This document shows positions 43,848 through 56,499 of a DNA stretch of 64,000 bases, in pieces (position 1 is the stretch's first letter; every line of letters starts with the position of its first letter). The notes under the pieces are model-generated. The model was not told the DNA's origin, did not search any database, and saw only the letters and a list, made by a program, of their open reading frames with translations. The position numbers and the translations under genes are program-made. This DNA comes from Escherichia coli (GTDB lineage Bacteria; Pseudomonadota; Gammaproteobacteria; Enterobacterales; Enterobacteriaceae): assembly GCF_003019035.1 (NCBI RefSeq), contig NZ_CP027447.1. One strand, written 5' to 3'.

Positions 43848-44957
43848 ATGACCGACACCACCATGCAATTGCTCAGTCAGGGCACAGACCCCGTAAAAAT
43901 GCCGGATTTTGATATTCTCGCGGAGGGTAAAACACTGTCCGGCGTGGCAGAGCGCCTGATGAGCCTGTCGCTGACCGACAACCGGGGATTTGAGGCAGAC
44001 CAGCTCACCATCACGCTGGATGATGCGGATGGTCAGTTGCGGCTACCGCCACGGGGCGCGCGCCTGACGGTTCTCATTGGCTGGAAAGGCGAACCGCTGA
44101 CAGAAAAAGGCTCTTACATTGTTGATGAAATCGCACACGAAGGACCGCCGGACAGGCTGACTGTTTCAGCCAGAAGCGCAGATTTTCGGGATGAATTTAA
44201 CGTTAAACGTGAGGTGTCCTGGCATGATGTGACCGTTGAGCGTGTGGTATCCGCCATCGCTCATCGGTACGGTCTGAAACCGCAAATCAGCGAAATGCTG
44301 ATGGATATCGAAATCGACCACGCCGACCAGACCGAAGAAAGTGACATGTCCTTCCTTACGCGCATGGCGGAAATGCTGGGCGCAATCACCACGGTAAAAA
44401 GCGGTAATCTGTTATTCATCATGCCCGGCGGTGGCGTGAACGCGCAGGGCCAGCCGTTGCCATCGTTCGCCATCACACGCAGCAGCGGCGATCGCCATCA
44501 GTTCCGCATTGCTGACCGCGAGGCGTATACGGGGGTACGCGCTTACTGGCTTGATCTTAATTACGGGAAAAAGAAAAAAGTCAGCGTGAAACGCCGCAAA
44601 CCGCCAAAACCGAAAAAAGAGAAAAGCAGCAGCCGTGAAGGTGATTATATGGAAGGCGCGGAAGGCAATGTGTTTGTGTTACGCAAGACTTATCAGAACG
44701 AGCAGGCAGCAAGACGCGCAGCGGCGGCAAAGTGGCAGCAGCTACAACGCGGAGCCGCATCATTTTCCATCACGCTGGCACGTGGACGTGCAGAACTCTA
44801 CCCCGAAATGCATGGCACGGTAACAGGATTTAAAAGCGAGATTGATAATCAGGACTGGATTATTGCAAAAGCCGAGCACACCATTGATAACAGCGGCTTT
44901 ACCACGCAGCTTGAGCTTGAGGCAAAAATCCCGGAATGGATAGCGGAAACAGAGTGA
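43848..44957 (+). CDS. D: Late control / tail protein D (P2 gpD)
   Basis: From MTDTTMQLLSQ (RBS GGGAGGG), 369 aa. Adjacent to ogr as in P2. Confidence 0.85.
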   Translation: MTDTTMQLLSQGTDPVKMPDFDILAEGKTLSGVAERLMSLSLTDNRGFEADQLTITLDDADGQLRLPPRGARLTVLIGWKGEPLTEKGSYIVDEIAHEGPPDRLTVSARSADFRDEFNVKREVSWHDVTVERVVSAIAHRYGLKPQISEMLMDIEIDHADQTEESDMSFLTRMAEMLGAITTVKSGNLLFIMPGGGVNAQGQPLPSFAITRSSGDRHQFRIADREAYTGVRAYWLDLNYGKKKKVSVKRRKPPKPKKEKSSSREGDYMEGAEGNVFVLRKTYQNEQAARRAAAAKWQQLQRGAASFSITLARGRAELYPEMHGTVTGFKSEIDNQDWIIAKAEHTIDNSGFTTQLELEAKIPEWIAETE

Positions 44958-44999
44958 GCAACTTAGAATAGCGACAGCACCACGTTAAGGGAGGTCGCT

Positions 45000-45260
45000 A
45001 TGTTCCGTTGTCCGCTTTGTGGCGCATCTGCCCGTATCCGCACCAGTCGTCCGGAAAATGATTCAAACACCGTGCGGCAAAAGTATTACCAGTGTAACAA
45101 TCTGGAATGCGGCGTATGCTTCTCAACACTGGAAGCTTTCCATAAATTCACATCAAAACACGCCTCCGGCGTTCACTCTTCAGAAGATATCCCGTGGCAT
45201 GATCTGCCAGCTTCACACAGGGGAAACAATCAGATGAGTTTGCCTTTATCTCAGAATTAA
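45000..45260 (+). CDS. ogr: Ogr/Delta-family zinc-finger late transcription activator
   Basis: MFRCPLCGASARIRTSR...YYQCNNLECGVCF has the CxxC...CxxxxC pattern, like P2 Ogr. Confidence 0.88.
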   Translation: MFRCPLCGASARIRTSRPENDSNTVRQKYYQCNNLECGVCFSTLEAFHKFTSKHASGVHSSEDIPWHDLPASHRGNNQMSLPLSQN

Positions 45261-45269
45261 CAGGCAGAA

Positions 45270-45298
45270 TTGCCGGAGTAACAAAAAAGCGATAGATT
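45270..45298 (+). promoter_or_regulatory. Candidate promoter of the hok-like mRNA
   Basis: TTGCCG, 17 nt, TAGATT. The predicted start near 45305 coincides with GGGTGCC, which pairs with the 3' end of the transcript. Confidence 0.45.
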
Positions 45299-45451
45299 AC
45301 GCGCGGGTGCCTTTCGGCTGATGGTCGGAGGGAATACCCGAAGGCCAGATGTGGAAAGGCCCCGGAAAACATCTCTGTTTAACCGAGGCCCTAACATATC
45401 TACCTTAAGCAAGTGATAGGTTAGCGCCTCTCCAACAAAGGAGCAAGCGCT

Positions 45452-45592
45452 ATGTCGCAAAAATCGCTTACGGCCATCACGTTCTGCGTGACGGTAATCC
45501 TCATCATCTGGATGCTGCACGGTTCGCTGTGTGAAATACGGATGAGCTTCTGGGGAGCGGAGTTTGCGGCGTTCTTACAGTGTAAGCAGTAA
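45452..45592 (+). CDS. Hok/Gef-family type I toxin (46 aa; not in ORF track)
   Basis: MSQKSLTAITFCVTVILIIWMLHGSLCEIRMSFWGAEFAAFLQCKQ. An N-terminal TM is followed by the SLCEIR...E(F/V)AAF signature of Hok (compare R1 Hok ...[22 protein letters not shown]). SD AAGGAG. Confidence 0.75.
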   Translation: MSQKSLTAITFCVTVILIIWMLHGSLCEIRMSFWGAEFAAFLQCKQ

Positions 45593-45677
45593 GGAAACCG
45601 CGACGGGGGAGCAATCCCCCGTCAATCGGTTGCTAAGGTTGGCTGAAGTGGCACCCTATCTCTCAGACATGAACAAC

Positions 45678-45712
45678 AAACCCGCAGCGTAAAAACTGCG
45701 GGTTTTCTTTTT
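45678..45712 (+). terminator. Rho-independent terminator of the hok-like mRNA
   Basis: AAACCCGCAG-cgtaaaaa-CTGCGGGTTT followed by TCTTTTT. Confidence 0.8.
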
Positions 45713-45753
45713 GCTACCCTCACAAATGAGGGCACCATACATAAGCAATAGGC

Positions 45754-45807
45754 ATAACAGATCGATGCAATAAATCCGATCGATAAAAACGATCGATTTG
45801 TTATCAT
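45754..45807 (+). promoter_or_regulatory. Triple-GATC operator-like module and weak promoter upstream of com
   Basis: ATAACAGATCGAT (45754-45766) and ATCGATTTGTTAT (45792-45804) form a 13-bp inverted repeat. ATCGATAAAAACGATCGAT lies at 45779-45797. GATC sites at 45760, 45778 and 45791. A TATCAT -10 candidate (45802-45807) has a poor -35. Confidence 0.5.
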
Positions 45808-45841
45808 ATCGGCAGCAGTAACCACACAAGAGGTGCCGCAA

Positions 45842-46039
45842 ATGACGCAAAATGTACGATGCAAAAATTGCAACAAACTACTTGCCCGCGCCTCATTTCA
45901 CTACATTGAAATAAAATGTCCGCGCTGCAAAACACTTAACCAGATAACGAGAGCCATCGAGCACCCCACACACATGAGGAGTTATGACCGTGGGGATCGC
46001 AATCCAGCACCAACCAGCACATACACCGGAACACACTAA
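45842..46039 (+). CDS. com: Mu Com-like zinc-finger translational activator
   Basis: MTQNVRCKNCNKLLARASFHYIEIKCPRCKTLNQITRAIEHPT compares with remembered Mu Com MKSIRCKNCNKLLFKADSFDHIEIRCPRCKRHIIMLNACEHPT. Its 3' end overlaps the next gene out of frame. Confidence 0.8.
   Translation: MTQNVRCKNCNKLLARASFHYIEIKCPRCKTLNQITRAIEHPTHMRSYDRGDRNPAPTSTYTGTH
45964..45995 (+). promoter_or_regulatory. Stem-loop sequestering the methyltransferase SD and start codon
   Basis: CCCCAC (45964-45969) pairs with GTGGGG (45990-45995), enclosing GAGGAG and the ATG at 45984. This is analogous to the Com-regulated mom translation-initiation hairpin. Confidence 0.45.
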
Positions 46040-46775
46040 GGTTTATCAGACTGACAATGCCACGCTCTGTCGTGGGAATGCGCTGGAAATATTGCCGCTG
46101 ATTGAGCCAGAAAGTATTGATGCCTTAATCACTGACCCGCCTTACAGTTCGGGCGCGACACACAAGGCCGGACGCACCAACCAGGGCAGCCACGCAAAAT
46201 ATCTGAACGGCGAGAACCTTCATCGCTTTGATGGGTTTGCGGGTGAAAACATGGATGCCCGTTCGTGGGCTTACTGGACACAATTATGGATGGCACAGGC
46301 ACACCGCGCAGTCAGGCCGGGCGGTTATGCCCTGGTATTTACTGACTGGCGACAACTGCCAGCTTTAACCGATGCGTTTCAGGCCAGCGGTTTTACATGG
46401 CGTGGAATCATTGCGTGGAACAAAGGAAGGGGGTCACGAACACCCCATACGGGGTATTTCCGGCATCAGTGCGAATACATCGTCTGGGGCAGTAAAGGCC
46501 ATTTAGGTAAATCGCCTTCGGGACCGTTCGACGGCTGCATGACGTTCCCGGTTATCCCATCAAAGAAAATGCACCCGACCGGAAAACCAGAAGAACTTAT
46601 GGCAGAACTGGTCAGGACTGCGAATAGTGGTGGAACAGTCCTTGATCCTTTTATGGGATCGGGAACAACGGGTGTTGCAGCACTGAAAGCAGGACGCAAA
46701 TTTATTGGTATAGAAACCAGTGATCATTATTTTGATGTAGCAACACAACGGCTCAAAACGGCGATCGAACCATAA
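45984..46775 (+). CDS. Orphan beta-class amino-DNA methyltransferase (N6A/N4C; DPPY)
   Basis: 263 aa. Motif IV (LITDPPYSSG) lies near the N-terminus and motif I (VLDPFMGSGTTGVAA) near the C-terminus. No adjacent restriction gene. Confidence 0.85.
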   Translation: MTVGIAIQHQPAHTPEHTKVYQTDNATLCRGNALEILPLIEPESIDALITDPPYSSGATHKAGRTNQGSHAKYLNGENLHRFDGFAGENMDARSWAYWTQLWMAQAHRAVRPGGYALVFTDWRQLPALTDAFQASGFTWRGIIAWNKGRGSRTPHTGYFRHQCEYIVWGSKGHLGKSPSGPFDGCMTFPVIPSKKMHPTGKPEELMAELVRTANSGGTVLDPFMGSGTTGVAALKAGRKFIGIETSDHYFDVATQRLKTAIEP

Positions 46776-46778
46776 GAC

Positions 46779-46800
46779 AAAGCCCGCAATGTTGCGGGCT
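46779..46800 (+). terminator. Hairpin terminator after the methyltransferase gene
   Basis: AAGCCCGCAA-tg-TTGCGGGCTT. Confidence 0.6.
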
Positions 46801-46819
46801 TACTCTACCTCTCGAAAAT

Positions 46820-46837
46820 GTGGTCACTGCGTGGACA
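46820..46837. promoter_or_regulatory. Putative Int arm-type binding repeats (P arm)
   Basis: GTGGTCAC-TGC-GTGGACAT matches 11133-11150 at 17 of 18 positions. Confidence 0.5.
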
Positions 46838-46883
46838 TACGCTGATACAAATCCTTTTATATCAAGAAATTAAATCTTTGTTT

Positions 46884-46903
46884 TTTTCATCAACAAGGAT
46901 TTT
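46884..46903. repeat. attR core (20 bp)
   Basis: Identical to 10921-10940. On the minus strand it is followed upstream by GTG (46904-46906), the stranded native pdxB start codon. Confidence 0.85.
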
Positions 46904-47004
46904 CACGTTTGTGTTACCTGTATGAGACGAGAGTTAACCGGACAAGTGTGCCATAATCTCGCGGCCAGGCATACTTGCGAAGATTTCAGGTATAAGGATA
47001 CGTA

Positions 47005-49178
<2,174 letters not shown>

Positions 49179-49340
49179 TTACTCCAGAATGCAGCGCAAG
49201 GCGAGGAGTATCCCCGTCTCATCTCTCTGGTTTCAGGGTTACGGTACGCGTTGGCAGGATTTAACGCGTACGTCTTTTTAGCAGGATATCGACAAAGCGG
49301 GAAGTTTGCCTGGAACTGGCGGCGATTGTCAATGATGTGA

Positions 49341-49366
49341 AAAAGGGAACCATCGGGTTCCCTTTT
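49341..49366 (-). terminator. fabB rho-independent terminator
   Basis: AAAAGGGAACC-atcg-GGTTCCCTTTT. On the minus strand it is followed by a T run. Confidence 0.7.
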
Positions 49367-49398
49367 GCGTTAGTGCCGGAGGCCGCATTGGCGCGTAA

Positions 49399-49436
49399 TG
49401 TCGGATGCGGCGCTGGCGCGTCTTATCCGACCTACT
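49399..49436. repeat. REP element
   Basis: tgtcggatgcggcgctggcgcgtcttatccgacctac. Confidence 0.7.
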
Positions 49437-49441
49437 CCGAA

Positions 49442-50662
49442 TTAATCTTTCAGCTTACGCATTACCAGCGTGGCGTTGGTGCCGCCGAAGCCGAAGCTGT
49501 TAGACATAACGGTAGTCAGTTCGCGATCGGTCGTTTCGGTCACAATGTTCAGACCCGCAGCCTGCTCGTCCAGCTCTTCAATGTTGATGCTCGGTGCGAT
49601 AAAGCCGTGTTCCAGCATCAGCAGAGAGTAGATAGCTTCCTGTACGCCAGCAGCGCCCAGAGAGTGACCGGTCATTGCTTTGGTTGCAGAAATCGCCGGG
49701 CTCTTATCGCCGAACACTTCACGGATAGCCGCCAGCTCTTTCACGTCGCCAACCGGAGTCGAAGTACCGTGGGAGTTCAGGTAGTCGATTGGGGTATCAA
49801 CACCGTGCATCGCCATCTTCATGCAGCGCACTGCACCTTCGCCAGACGGAGCAACCATGTCTGCGCCATCAGAGGTTGCGCCGTAGCCAACGATTTCAGC
49901 ATAGATGTGAGCACCACGCGCCAGCGCGTGTTCCAGCTCTTCAACCACTACCATACCGCCACCGCCAGCGATAACGAAACCGTCACGGTGAGCGTCGTAA
50001 GTACGGGAGGCTTTTTCCGGGGTGTCGTTGTATTTAGTAGACAGCGCACCCATCGCGTCGAATTCACAAGCCATTTCCCAGCACAATTCTTCGCCGCCAC
50101 CAGCAAACACGATGTCCTGTTTGCCCAGTTGGATCTGCTCTACTGCGTTACCGATACAGTGTGCGGAAGTCGCACACGCGGAGCTGATGGAGTAGTTAAC
50201 GCCGTGAATTTTAAACGGCGTGGCGAGGCAGGCAGAAACGCCGGATGCCATCGCTTTGGTGACCACATACGGGCCAACCGCTTTCAGGCCGCGCGGGCCG
50301 CGCATTGCGTCAGCGCCGAAAACCTGGAAACGCGGGGAGCCGCCGCCGGAACCTGCAATCAGGCCAACGCGCGGGTTATTCTGGTAAGCTTCCGGGGAGA
50401 GGCCAGCATCTGCAATTGCCTGCTCCATAGAAAGGAATGCATAAATGGATGCGTCGCTCATAAAGCGCACAACTTTGCGGTCAATGAGGCCAGTGGTATC
50501 CAGTTTTACGTTGCCCCAGACGTGGCTACGCATGCCGGAATCCTTCAGCTCCTGAGAGAAAGTGATCCCTGAACGTCCTTCACGCAGAGATGCCAGGACT
50601 TCCTGCTGGTTATTACCGATGCTGGAAACAATGCCCAGGCCAGTAATCACTGCACGTTTCAT
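49442..50662 (-). CDS. fabB: 3-oxoacyl-ACP synthase I
   Basis: 406 aa. [18 protein letters not shown] with the active-site SSACATS. Confidence 0.95.
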
Positions 50663-50754
50663 TCAATACCTCTGTAAGTCGCACATAGAGTAAGTTTCGC
50701 ATGCACAATAGCGTACACTTGTACGCCGAACAAGTCCGATCAGCCAATTAATAG

Positions 50755-52827
<2,073 letters not shown>

Positions 52828-52844
52828 TCTGCTCTGGCATTGCT

Positions 52845-52876
52845 TGCCGGATATGGCGTGAACGCCGCATCCGGCA
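52845..52876. repeat. REP element
   Basis: tgccggatatggcgtgaacgccgcatccggca. Confidence 0.65.
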
Positions 52877-52882
52877 CATTAC

Positions 52883-53161
52883 TTACTGCTGTGACGCCTG
52901 CTGAAACAGGTGTTCCCACATATCGGTCACCAGCGCCTGGTCACGCGGCGACAATTCACCGGCACCAATGGCTTTTTCCAGACTCTGGCTAACGGTTGTA
53001 TGTACCGCCTGAGCGGAGTGGTCGTCACCACTTTCCAGTTCTGCGATGGCTAATGTCAGGTGGCCACGCAAATACCCACTGGCAAACAACTCATCATCAC
53101 TGGCATGGTCAACCATACCGTCGATTAATGCCAGAATGCGTGATTCAAACTCCGCGATCAT
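52883..53161 (-). CDS. yfcL: YfcL (DUF440-like small protein)
   Basis: 92-aa ORF in conserved synteny. Confidence 0.85.
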   Translation of the reverse strand: MIAEFESRILALIDGMVDHASDDELFASGYLRGHLTLAIAELESGDDHSAQAVHTTVSQSLEKAIGAGELSPRDQALVTDMWEHLFQQASQQ

Positions 53162-53194
53162 CTTCTTTCCTCATTGTAAAACGTGGCGCTGGCT

Positions 53195-53743
53195 TCAGTT
53201 GAGCGCTTCCGGCCACGGGAACTGTTCCGCCGTAAGTTCCGGCGTGTGATAATAATTTTGTAGTGCTTTAATGAAGCGTGCCGGACGTTCGGGAATGCCG
53301 TTTGCCAGATAATCCATCACCTGCGCATGTACCCGCCGTTGAAATACCACGCGGTCCGGTTCGAAATCCCCTTCCAGATTGTCGCAGCTAACATTAAACG
53401 GATATCCCGCCGCCACGCAGAACAACCAGTCCAGCGCCTGCGGCTTCACTTCAACATCTTCAAACTGGCTTTGCGTTTGGGCATCGCGTCCGTCGGGACA
53501 ATACCAGTAGCCGAAATCAACCAGCTCACGGCGCGCTTTCCCGGCAATACACCAGTGCGAAATCTCATGAATTGCGCTGGCATAAAAGCCATGAGCAAAG
53601 ACGATTCGGTTATACGGTACTTCCGCATCAGCAGGAAGATAGATCGGTTCGTCGTCGCCTTTAATCAGACGGGTATTAAAATCATCGGCAAAGCAGCTAT
53701 TAAAAATTTCAATCAACTGCTCATAGTGGTGTGTACTGTTCAT
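53195..53743 (-). CDS. epmC: Elongation factor P hydroxylase
   Basis: 182 aa (YfcM) in conserved synteny. Confidence 0.85.
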   Translation of the reverse strand: MNSTHHYEQLIEIFNSCFADDFNTRLIKGDDEPIYLPADAEVPYNRIVFAHGFYASAIHEISHWCIAGKARRELVDFGYWYCPDGRDAQTQSQFEDVEVKPQALDWLFCVAAGYPFNVSCDNLEGDFEPDRVVFQRRVHAQVMDYLANGIPERPARFIKALQNYYHTPELTAEQFPWPEALN

Positions 53744-54552
53744 TAGTTCATCCCCAACCAGTGGAGGATCTCCTGTCCATGGCTATCGTAAAGTAATTTG
53801 GCACTCATCACCGCCGAGACGATAACGATCATCGGGCGGATCAGCTTTTGTCCTTTGCTCAACACCAGTCTTGACCCCATGCGCGCGCCGAGGAACTGCC
53901 CCACCAGCATCACAAATCCTGTCGCCCAAATCACTTTGCCGCCGAGAATAAACAGCAGCAAACCACCGATGTTTGACGTTGCGTTGAGTAATTTGGCGTG
54001 GGCCGTGGCTTTGGCGAGGTTGAATCCGCACAGCGTAACAAAGGCCAGCGCGTAAAACGACCCAGCAGCCGGGCCAAAGAATCCATCGTAAAAACCGACG
54101 CAGCCCCCCGCCACCAGCGCAAATGGCAGTCCATACATCCGGCGCTGGCGATCTTCTTCTCCCAGTTTTGGCATCAGCAAAAAATAGAGGCCGATACAAA
54201 TCACCAGGATCGGTAAAATCTGCCGTAAGACATCGGCCTGAACATACTGCACCAACAGCGCGCCGCTCATTGAGCCGACAAAGGTCATGGCGATATTGAG
54301 TTTCTGATCGCTTAAGCTAACCACTTTGCGCCGAATAAAGTAGATAGTGGCGGAAATAGAGCCGCCGCAGGCTTGCAGTTTATTAGTTGCCAGCGCGTTA
54401 GCCGGAGACATCCCCGCCGCCATCAATGCCGGAATGGTGAGTAACCCACCGCCACCGGCAATCGAGTCGATAAATCCCGCCAGCATGGCGACAAAAAAGA
54501 GAACTCCCAGCAACAGCGGGGAAACCATAAACAGGCTATTAAACGTTTCCAT
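53743..54552 (-). CDS. yfcA: TauE/SafE-family membrane protein YfcA
   Basis: 269-aa polytopic ORF. Confidence 0.88.
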   Translation of the reverse strand: METFNSLFMVSPLLLGVLFFVAMLAGFIDSIAGGGGLLTIPALMAAGMSPANALATNKLQACGGSISATIYFIRRKVVSLSDQKLNIAMTFVGSMSGALLVQYVQADVLRQILPILVICIGLYFLLMPKLGEEDRQRRMYGLPFALVAGGCVGFYDGFFGPAAGSFYALAFVTLCGFNLAKATAHAKLLNATSNIGGLLLFILGGKVIWATGFVMLVGQFLGARMGSRLVLSKGQKLIRPMIVIVSAVMSAKLLYDSHGQEILHWLGMN

Positions 54553-55376
54553 TAGATCACGTGCTCATCCAGTAGCGCCTGGCAGGAAGGCGGCAACGGA
54601 GGCGGTGTCTTCTTCTCAGGCTTTGTTGTTCCCGGTTTTGGTGGTTCAAACCAGCTTTGCAGTTCTGCCCCGCAACCATCGCCTGGTGGTGGTAAAGGTT
54701 GATCTTCACACTCCAGACTATCGGCAGGACAACGTAATCGTACATGCATATGCGCGCGATGCTGGAACCAGGGTCGCACTTTACGTAACCAGTCGCGATC
54801 GGTGCCCGCATCAAGGCAAAGTTGTTGTTTAATCGCCGGATTAACAAAAATGCGCGTGACGTCTTTGTCCTGGGCGGCGAGTTTGATCAAGCTGAAAATT
54901 TCTGGCTTCCACAGCGCGGGGACAACGTGTTTACCGTCGCGGGATACTAAGTCCAGTGCTTGCGGGCGCAAGAGTTGCGCGGAGGTCCAGCGTGTTTTCG
55001 GCAGTTGCAGGAAGATATCGACATCCAGCCCGGTCTGGTGGCTGGCGTGACCGCCGTTGAAACGACCACCAGCGGGCATCCCCATATCGCCAATCAGCAC
55101 CGTACCCATGCCCAGATTGCCCACCTGGCGACTCAGACGCTGGATAAACATCACCAGATCCGGGTGCCCGAAATAGCGACGCTGATCGGTACGCATGACC
55201 TGATAATGCTCGGACTGTATCGGCAGCGTGTCAGCGCCGACGATACAACCATTGGAAAAGCTGCCTATCGATTGTGCGCTACCCGGCACAGGTTGGGTTA
55301 TTTTTTGCCACGGCGTCGCTGCCAGGCTGGCACTACTGGCAAGCAGGGCCAGCAGCGCAATCGCGGTTTTGTTCAT
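54552..55376 (-). CDS. mepA: Penicillin-insensitive murein DD-endopeptidase
   Basis: 274 aa with a signal peptide and HxH metallopeptidase motifs. Confidence 0.9.
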   Translation of the reverse strand: MNKTAIALLALLASSASLAATPWQKITQPVPGSAQSIGSFSNGCIVGADTLPIQSEHYQVMRTDQRRYFGHPDLVMFIQRLSRQVGNLGMGTVLIGDMGMPAGGRFNGGHASHQTGLDVDIFLQLPKTRWTSAQLLRPQALDLVSRDGKHVVPALWKPEIFSLIKLAAQDKDVTRIFVNPAIKQQLCLDAGTDRDWLRKVRPWFQHRAHMHVRLRCPADSLECEDQPLPPPGDGCGAELQSWFEPPKPGTTKPEKKTPPPLPPSCQALLDEHVI

Positions 55377-55379
55377 TTT

Positions 55380-56465
55380 TTACCAGCGTGGAATATCAGT
55401 CTTCACATCGGCATTTTGCGCCCGTTGCCGTAACAGGTGATCCATTAAAACGATCGCTAGCATCGCTTCCGCGATCGGCACCGCGCGGATCCCAACACAA
55501 GGATCGTGACGACCTTTGGTGATCATCTCAACTTCTTCGCCAAAGCGGTTAATGGTGCGCCCCGGCACGGTAATACTGGAGGTTGGCTTCAGCGCCATAT
55601 GGGCAATGATTTGCTGCCCGCTGCTGATACCGCCAAGAATGCCGCCCGCATGGTTGCTCTGGAATCCGTCTTTGGTGATTTCGTCGCGGTTCTGGCTGCC
55701 ACGCAGCGCTACCACGTCAAAACCATCACCAATTTCTACGCCTTTCACCGCGTTGATGCTCATCAGCGCATGGGCGATGTCGGCATCCAGGCGATCAAAG
55801 ACCGGCTCGCCAAGTCCGGCGGGGACGCCACTGGCAACAACGGTGACTTTCGCGCCGATGGAGTCGCCCTCTTTTTTCAGCGCGCGCATCAGTTCATCTA
55901 ACGCGTCGATTTTGTCCGGGTCCGGGCAGAAAAACGGATTTTGCTCGACCTGCGACCAGTCTTTGATTTCCAGCGGAATGTCACCCATCTGGGTCAGGCA
56001 GCCGCGGATTTCAATACCAAATTTCTCGGCGAGATATTTTTTGGCAATCGCCCCTGCCGCCACGCGCATGGCGGTTTCTCGGGCGGAAGAGCGCCCGCCG
56101 CCGCGATAATCGCGCAGGCCGTATTTTTGTTCGTAAGTGTAATCGGCATGACCTGGACGGAAAACGTCCTTAATCGCACTATAATCCTGAGAACGCTGGT
56201 CGGTATTTTCGATCAACAAACCGATGCTGGTGCCGGTAGTAACACCTTCAAAAACACCGGAGAGAATTTTGACCTGATCCGGCTCACGGCGCTGGGTGGT
56301 ATAGCGCGATGTCCCAGGGCGACGACGATCAAGGTCATGTTGCAGGTCCGCTTCCGTCAGCGGAATGCCTGGCGGAACACCATCGACGATGCAGCCGAGC
56401 GCCAGCCCGTGCGATTCGCCGAAGGTGGTTACGCGAAAGAGTTGTCCAATTGTGTTTCCAGCCAT
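55380..56465 (-). CDS. aroC: Chorismate synthase
   Basis: [20 protein letters not shown], 361 aa. Confidence 0.95.
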   Translation of the reverse strand: MAGNTIGQLFRVTTFGESHGLALGCIVDGVPPGIPLTEADLQHDLDRRRPGTSRYTTQRREPDQVKILSGVFEGVTTGTSIGLLIENTDQRSQDYSAIKDVFRPGHADYTYEQKYGLRDYRGGGRSSARETAMRVAAGAIAKKYLAEKFGIEIRGCLTQMGDIPLEIKDWSQVEQNPFFCPDPDKIDALDELMRALKKEGDSIGAKVTVVASGVPAGLGEPVFDRLDADIAHALMSINAVKGVEIGDGFDVVALRGSQNRDEITKDGFQSNHAGGILGGISSGQQIIAHMALKPTSSITVPGRTINRFGEEVEMITKGRHDPCVGIRAVPIAEAMLAIVLMDHLLRQRAQNADVKTDIPRW

Positions 56466-56499
56466 CACGGCTCCGTTATTGTTGTGTTTGCGTGTTTAC

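Larger units (their letters stand above)
10921..46903. mobile_element. P2-family temperate prophage, about 36 kb, integrated in the 5' end of pdxB
   Basis: Bounded by a perfect 20-bp direct repeat. Contains a P2-type int/C/cox/A early region, the full P2-like late gene set and ogr. Joining the flanks reconstructs an intact pdxB 5' end. Confidence 0.93.

Noticed and set aside
45321-45413. Upstream ORF (ATGGTCGGAGGG...) considered as a mok-like reading frame for the hok locus.
   Set aside because: It terminates 39 nt before the hok ATG and does not overlap it. The frame that does overlap hok has no start codon.
49337-50572. 411-aa ORF on the plus strand.
   Set aside because: It lies entirely antisense to fabB, has low-complexity Arg/Ala/Gly-rich composition and no RBS. 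It is a shadow ORF.
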